Shown: piece by piece, positions 59,766 through 64,000 of the stretch
How the letters are laid out: every line of letters starts with the position of its first letter
Numbering within the stretch: position 1 is the stretch's first letter
Source of the DNA: Eledone cirrhosa
Lineage: Eukaryota
Reading direction: 5' to 3'
Assembly: GCA_964016885.1 (NCBI GenBank)
Contig: OZ024741.1
Location: forward strand, 351,106,001 to 351,170,000
Length of the DNA: 64,000 nt
The notes under the pieces: model-generated
The model's database searches: none
What the model saw: only the letters and a program-made list of their open reading frames with translations
Told to the model about the DNA's origin: nothing
Made by a program: the position numbers and the translations under genes

Positions 59766-62006
59766 CTGTGACAAAAGAAAACAAAAAATAACATTTTGAT
59801 GGTTATTACAGTTAAAACTTGGTGGAGAAAGAAATATTTTACAGTGTTAATCTCAACTTGAAAGATTAAACAATTTTTCAATATTTATATCTATTAAGAC
59901 GACAGCTGCATAAAGAAATGCAAAGCACTCGAAGTTGATGGAACCTATGGAAGGGGAAAATCTAGGAGTACTTGGGATGACATGGTGAAGACTCACCTTA
60001 TACAGCTGAATCACCTCATGAAGGAGATGATACAGGATTAAGTAGACTGGTGATATGCTGTAGCACAGAAGACTCACTTTCCCACACAAGCGTGATGAAA
60101 GGTGCATAGAGAAGATGGTCCCCACCTTAATCCTGAAGAAGTAGAGGGATGGAACATTTAGGTCCCTGGCTGCCAGGATACCCCCAGATTTCCCTACTTT
60201 AATCTCCACCTTACTCCTCCTCCATCTCACACTCTTCTTCCTTGTCCAACCCATTCTAGCATGGAAAGTCCGAGTGAACGTTCCCTGCCCAACCCCTTAC
60301 ACTCATATCCCAAACTTACCTAACCTGTCAACCTCTTGCCAACATGGAAAACCATTCACATCCCATAATATAACACCAGACACTATTCACTTACTTCAAG
60401 ACCAACTGCATTACTCGTGCCTTCCTCTGCCATTGCAGAATAACCCACCCCAACTCCGGCAAGCAGCATATAGCCCCTCCCCTCATCAATACTTCTCCAC
60501 TCTAGTCAAGGACATAATTAACACCTAGTGTTATAATGAGGTAGTGCTGCTGCTACAATAAAAAGCTCTATCCATACTGTAAGAATGGTAGTACTGGTGC
60601 CATGATAAAAAGCACCTTGTCCACCCTGTAAGGTGATAGTGCTGAAATCATAGTAAAATGATTCCAGTACATGCTGTAAAGTAGTTGGCATTATGAAGGA
60701 TATCCAACCATAGAAAACCAAGTCAAATATGGATCATATAAGCAAGACATAGTCACTTGACTTGTCTAGCCTCATAATGTGTCAGTCTAACTCATGCAAG
60801 TAGGGAAAATGCTGCTGATGATGAAGAAACAGGCACAGATATGGCCAGGTAGTTAAGTTCGGATTACAATCATGTGAATTTGGGTTTGATTTCACTGCAT
60901 AGCATTTTAGGCGTCCAGTTTATCAATTTGGTCGATGCGAAACTGTGCAGAAGCCCATCATATATCTATATATGTGTGTATAAGTGTTTGTATTTATGAA
61001 TATCTTTATGTTGACATTTCTTAAACAACTGGTTTCATGGGTGAAGATCTGTGGAATAAGTACCATTCTTAAAAATAAGGGTTGGTGTATAATTTAAAAT
61101 ATATTTAATCTTTTAAGGTGACATTAATATCCACCTTTCCCCAATTATAATCTTATTAATAACTTATCTCAGCTATATAAATATCTAAAGAAACATATTT
61201 CTTTCTTAAAACAAAAGAATATTTTTTTTATATCATTTAACTTGCTAGAAGTAGCTTCCAAATTTCCTCAGATCACACACTAATGTTTTAAAAAAGGTGA
61301 CATCTAAGATTACATTGTAAAATCAGTAGTATTAGATAGATGACGTCTGAAAAAAATGGTGGATATAGCTAGAACACTTTCCATCATCACTCAGGACTAA
61401 CTTTGGTGTGTAAACAACACTATACACTATTATCAAACAGCAACACAAATGTTTTAAGGCCATTTTCCTTGGATAAACTTTGTGGACCCCAAAACAGACT
61501 TCATACGCATCATGGGGTTCCTTCTGAGGCAGTTTTACAGCCAGATGCCTTTCCTGGTACTAACCCTTTCATATACAGGAATATGGTGTCATCATCATCA
61601 CTGTTGTTTTAACATCTACTTTCCCTGCTAGCAAGGGTTGGACAGTTCTACATAGACCAAGTACTGAAGCAGAGACACAGATCTTCCAAGCAAGCCAGGG
61701 ATCTGTCTCGCTTTCTGTATGGTCAACACTCCACAAAATGCACAGGAGAGGTTGTCATGCCTTTGACACAACTGAGGGTCCTCCCAACCCTTTTGTTTGG
61801 CAAAACTTTTATGGCTGGATGCCCTTCCTACCACCAACCAGATTACAGTATCTACTGAGTGCGTTCATCATCTAGATCACCAACACTGAGGAGGTTGTCA
61901 TGTCCTTGACACAACAGAAGGATCCTCCTGACTCTTTGTTTGGCAAACTTTATATAGCTGGATGCCCTTCCAACTAAACCAGATAAATACAACTGTAAAT
62001 GCTTAC

Positions 62007-62213
62007 CAATGACATGTAGATTTGAATGCATTTTCTTAGCATCAACAACTAACTTGAAGTTTACATCTATGTTATGTATAACGAGAGGTTTCATCAACTG
62101 AGTAAAGATCTGGTCACAATGTAAACGAAAAGTGTCTTTTTGTTCTCGTGATAAAGTCACACCAATCACTTCATAGCTGTCACTGATTCCGAAATACAAT
62201 GTACAATTTCTTT
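62007..62213 (-). CDS. Schlafen/AlbA_2-domain gene exon (Q-RNCTLYFGISDSYEVIGVTLSREQKDTFRL...LHVI)
   Basis: Acceptor ttttctacAG, donor G|GTAAGC, 207 nt phase 1/1; TLYFGISD..V.G is the AlbA_2 core. Confidence 0.85.
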
Positions 62214-62859
62214 CTGTAGAAAATATATATATATAAGAGTGATTGGTATTTATATACATGTTAGTGAGTAATAGGTTTACTAGGTAGCAAATATATATTT
62301 TATTATTGTTTTTTAACACTTACAAAGGAGTTTTTGTAAGGGACAACAATGATGATGATGATGATAATAATAATAATAACTCCACCACAGTTGCTGCCTC
62401 AGTGATAGCTGGAACAGGCAACAGCAGAAACAACAACAAAAACAACTAAAAGGCCAGGAAGGGGTCTTTAGCCTAGGTTAGTGACCTTCCTAATGATAGT
62501 ATGATAGTGTCCACAATAAAAGCACTGGTAGTTGTGCAACCTTATAAACGCAATTCTCATGAAAATGTTCTTACTCTGGCTATCTCACTTTCAGGACATC
62601 CTCTCCAACAACTTCTAGAGAGTTTCCCTTGCAGCTGAAGGAATCAATTTCATGTGTGCTGATGCTAGTGTTGGTGCCAAAATAAAACGCACTCAGTCAA
62701 GTACAGGGTTGTATGTCAAGCCCCCAGCCCACCTGGACGTCTGAGGCTCTGCCTGAGTAATGACTGATGTGTGATGACATGTCCAACAATTGCTAGCAAC
62801 AAAAAACGGACGTTAAACAATGATGATCATCATCATCATTATATATATATATGAATATA

Positions 62860-63150
62860 TGACGCATGGCTTAGTGTTGGGCATGCAATCGTGAGGTTGT
62901 GAGTTTTATTCCCGGACCGAGCGATGTGTTATTTCACATTGTCCAGTTTACTCAGCTGTAGAAATGAGTTGTGATGTTACTGGTGTCAAGCTGTATCAAC
63001 CTTTGCCTTTCCATTGGACAACATTGGTGGCAGGGAGAGGGGAGACTGGTATGCATGGGTGACTGTTTTCTACAAACAACCTTGCCTGGACTTGTGCCTT
63101 TAGGTCCAAATCCCATGGTCATTCGTGACCAAAGGAGGTCTTTACCCAAA
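62860..63150 (+). mobile_element. tRNA-derived CORE-type SINE
   Basis: gacgcatggcttagtg...gtgagttttattcccggaccg...ttatttcacattgtccagtttactcagctg. Confidence 0.65.
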
Positions 63151-63464
63151 ATATATATCATCATCATCACTTTTACGTCCATTTTTCCATGATTGCATGG
63201 GTTGGATGGGTCCTTCTCAGCACGGCATCTTTCCACTTGTAACATTTCTTTGTCATCTCCCCTGTGAGTCTCATTGATTTGAGGTCAGCTCTCACAACCT
63301 CTGCCCAGGTCTTTCTTAGTCTACCTCTACTGTGGCTTCCTTCCACTGGCATTTCCTGGCACTTCGTCACACAATGATCATCATCCGTATGCAAATAAAT
63401 AGATGGATACATAAGGATAAACAGGTAAGTAGATAAAGAGTATGAGAATAAATGTATAGCTTAC

Positions 63465-63572
63465 GGCAATTTAACATTCCACACACTGTTTTACCAATAT
63501 CAGTCACCTGATTTCTTTTCTCTACAGGGAGAATTGCATGAGTTGCATCTTTAATGAAAGGCACTGTGGCAC
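63465..63572 (-). CDS. Schlafen/AlbA_2-domain gene exon (ATVPFIKDATHAILPVEKRNQVTDIGKTVCGMLNC)
   Basis: Acceptor aaacttccAG, donor C|GTAAGC, 108 nt phase 1/1; IGKTVCGMLN matches the AlbA_2 'K.vcAflN' helix; upstream exons lie beyond the window. Confidence 0.8.
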
Positions 63573-64000
63573 CTGGAAGTTTGATGAAAATTATTAGATA
63601 CAGGCATGTATTGACTAAAGAACACTAATTTGTAAGGAGTAAATAAACTTAACATACTGCAAAATGGTTAGCGATTGAACAGAGACATATAGGGTTGAGC
63701 GGACTTTCAAGTCTGGCTGAACATATTATAACCTCTCTAGTGCTGCACCCAGTATATTGTCAGGTGATTGGCTTATAAAGGGCATTCAGTTGTAGAAACC
63801 ATGCCAAATATGGAACATAGTCTTAGACAATGACAACTTGTCCAACACTTGCCAGCACAGAGAGCAGATATAAAATTATGATAAAGATGATGAAGTCATG
63901 CAAATGTTTAAATTTAAGAAAAAACACACACAATAGATACAGAAACATAAAAGGCAGAAAAGAGTGGAAAATGATGTGTTAAATAAATAAAATATATACT

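Overview
Eukaryotic, AT-rich and very repeat-dense genomic DNA. The tRNA-derived SINEs, PHD-bearing RTE LINEs and dense (TA)n/(CA)n tracts suggest an octopod cephalopod (inference). Most of the window is transposon-derived: many RTE copies, RTE-BovB, RTE-X, CR1, a near-complete L1-Tx1, a CRE fragment, Penelope-like remnants with two minimal hammerhead ribozymes, a non-autonomous tRNA-Trp-primed LTR element, Chapaev3, maT (DD37D), mariner, hAT, piggyBac MITEs, a Helitron end and a foldback-like AT-rich array. Host coding sequence is sparse. Four phase-compatible minus-strand exons (63572 to 55724) encode the C-terminus of a Schlafen/AlbA_2-domain protein that appears to lack the catalytic ExxxxExK motif. 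A probable first coding exon of a second minus-strand gene lies at 10567-10669. All calls were made by eye from motifs, so TE boundaries are approximate.
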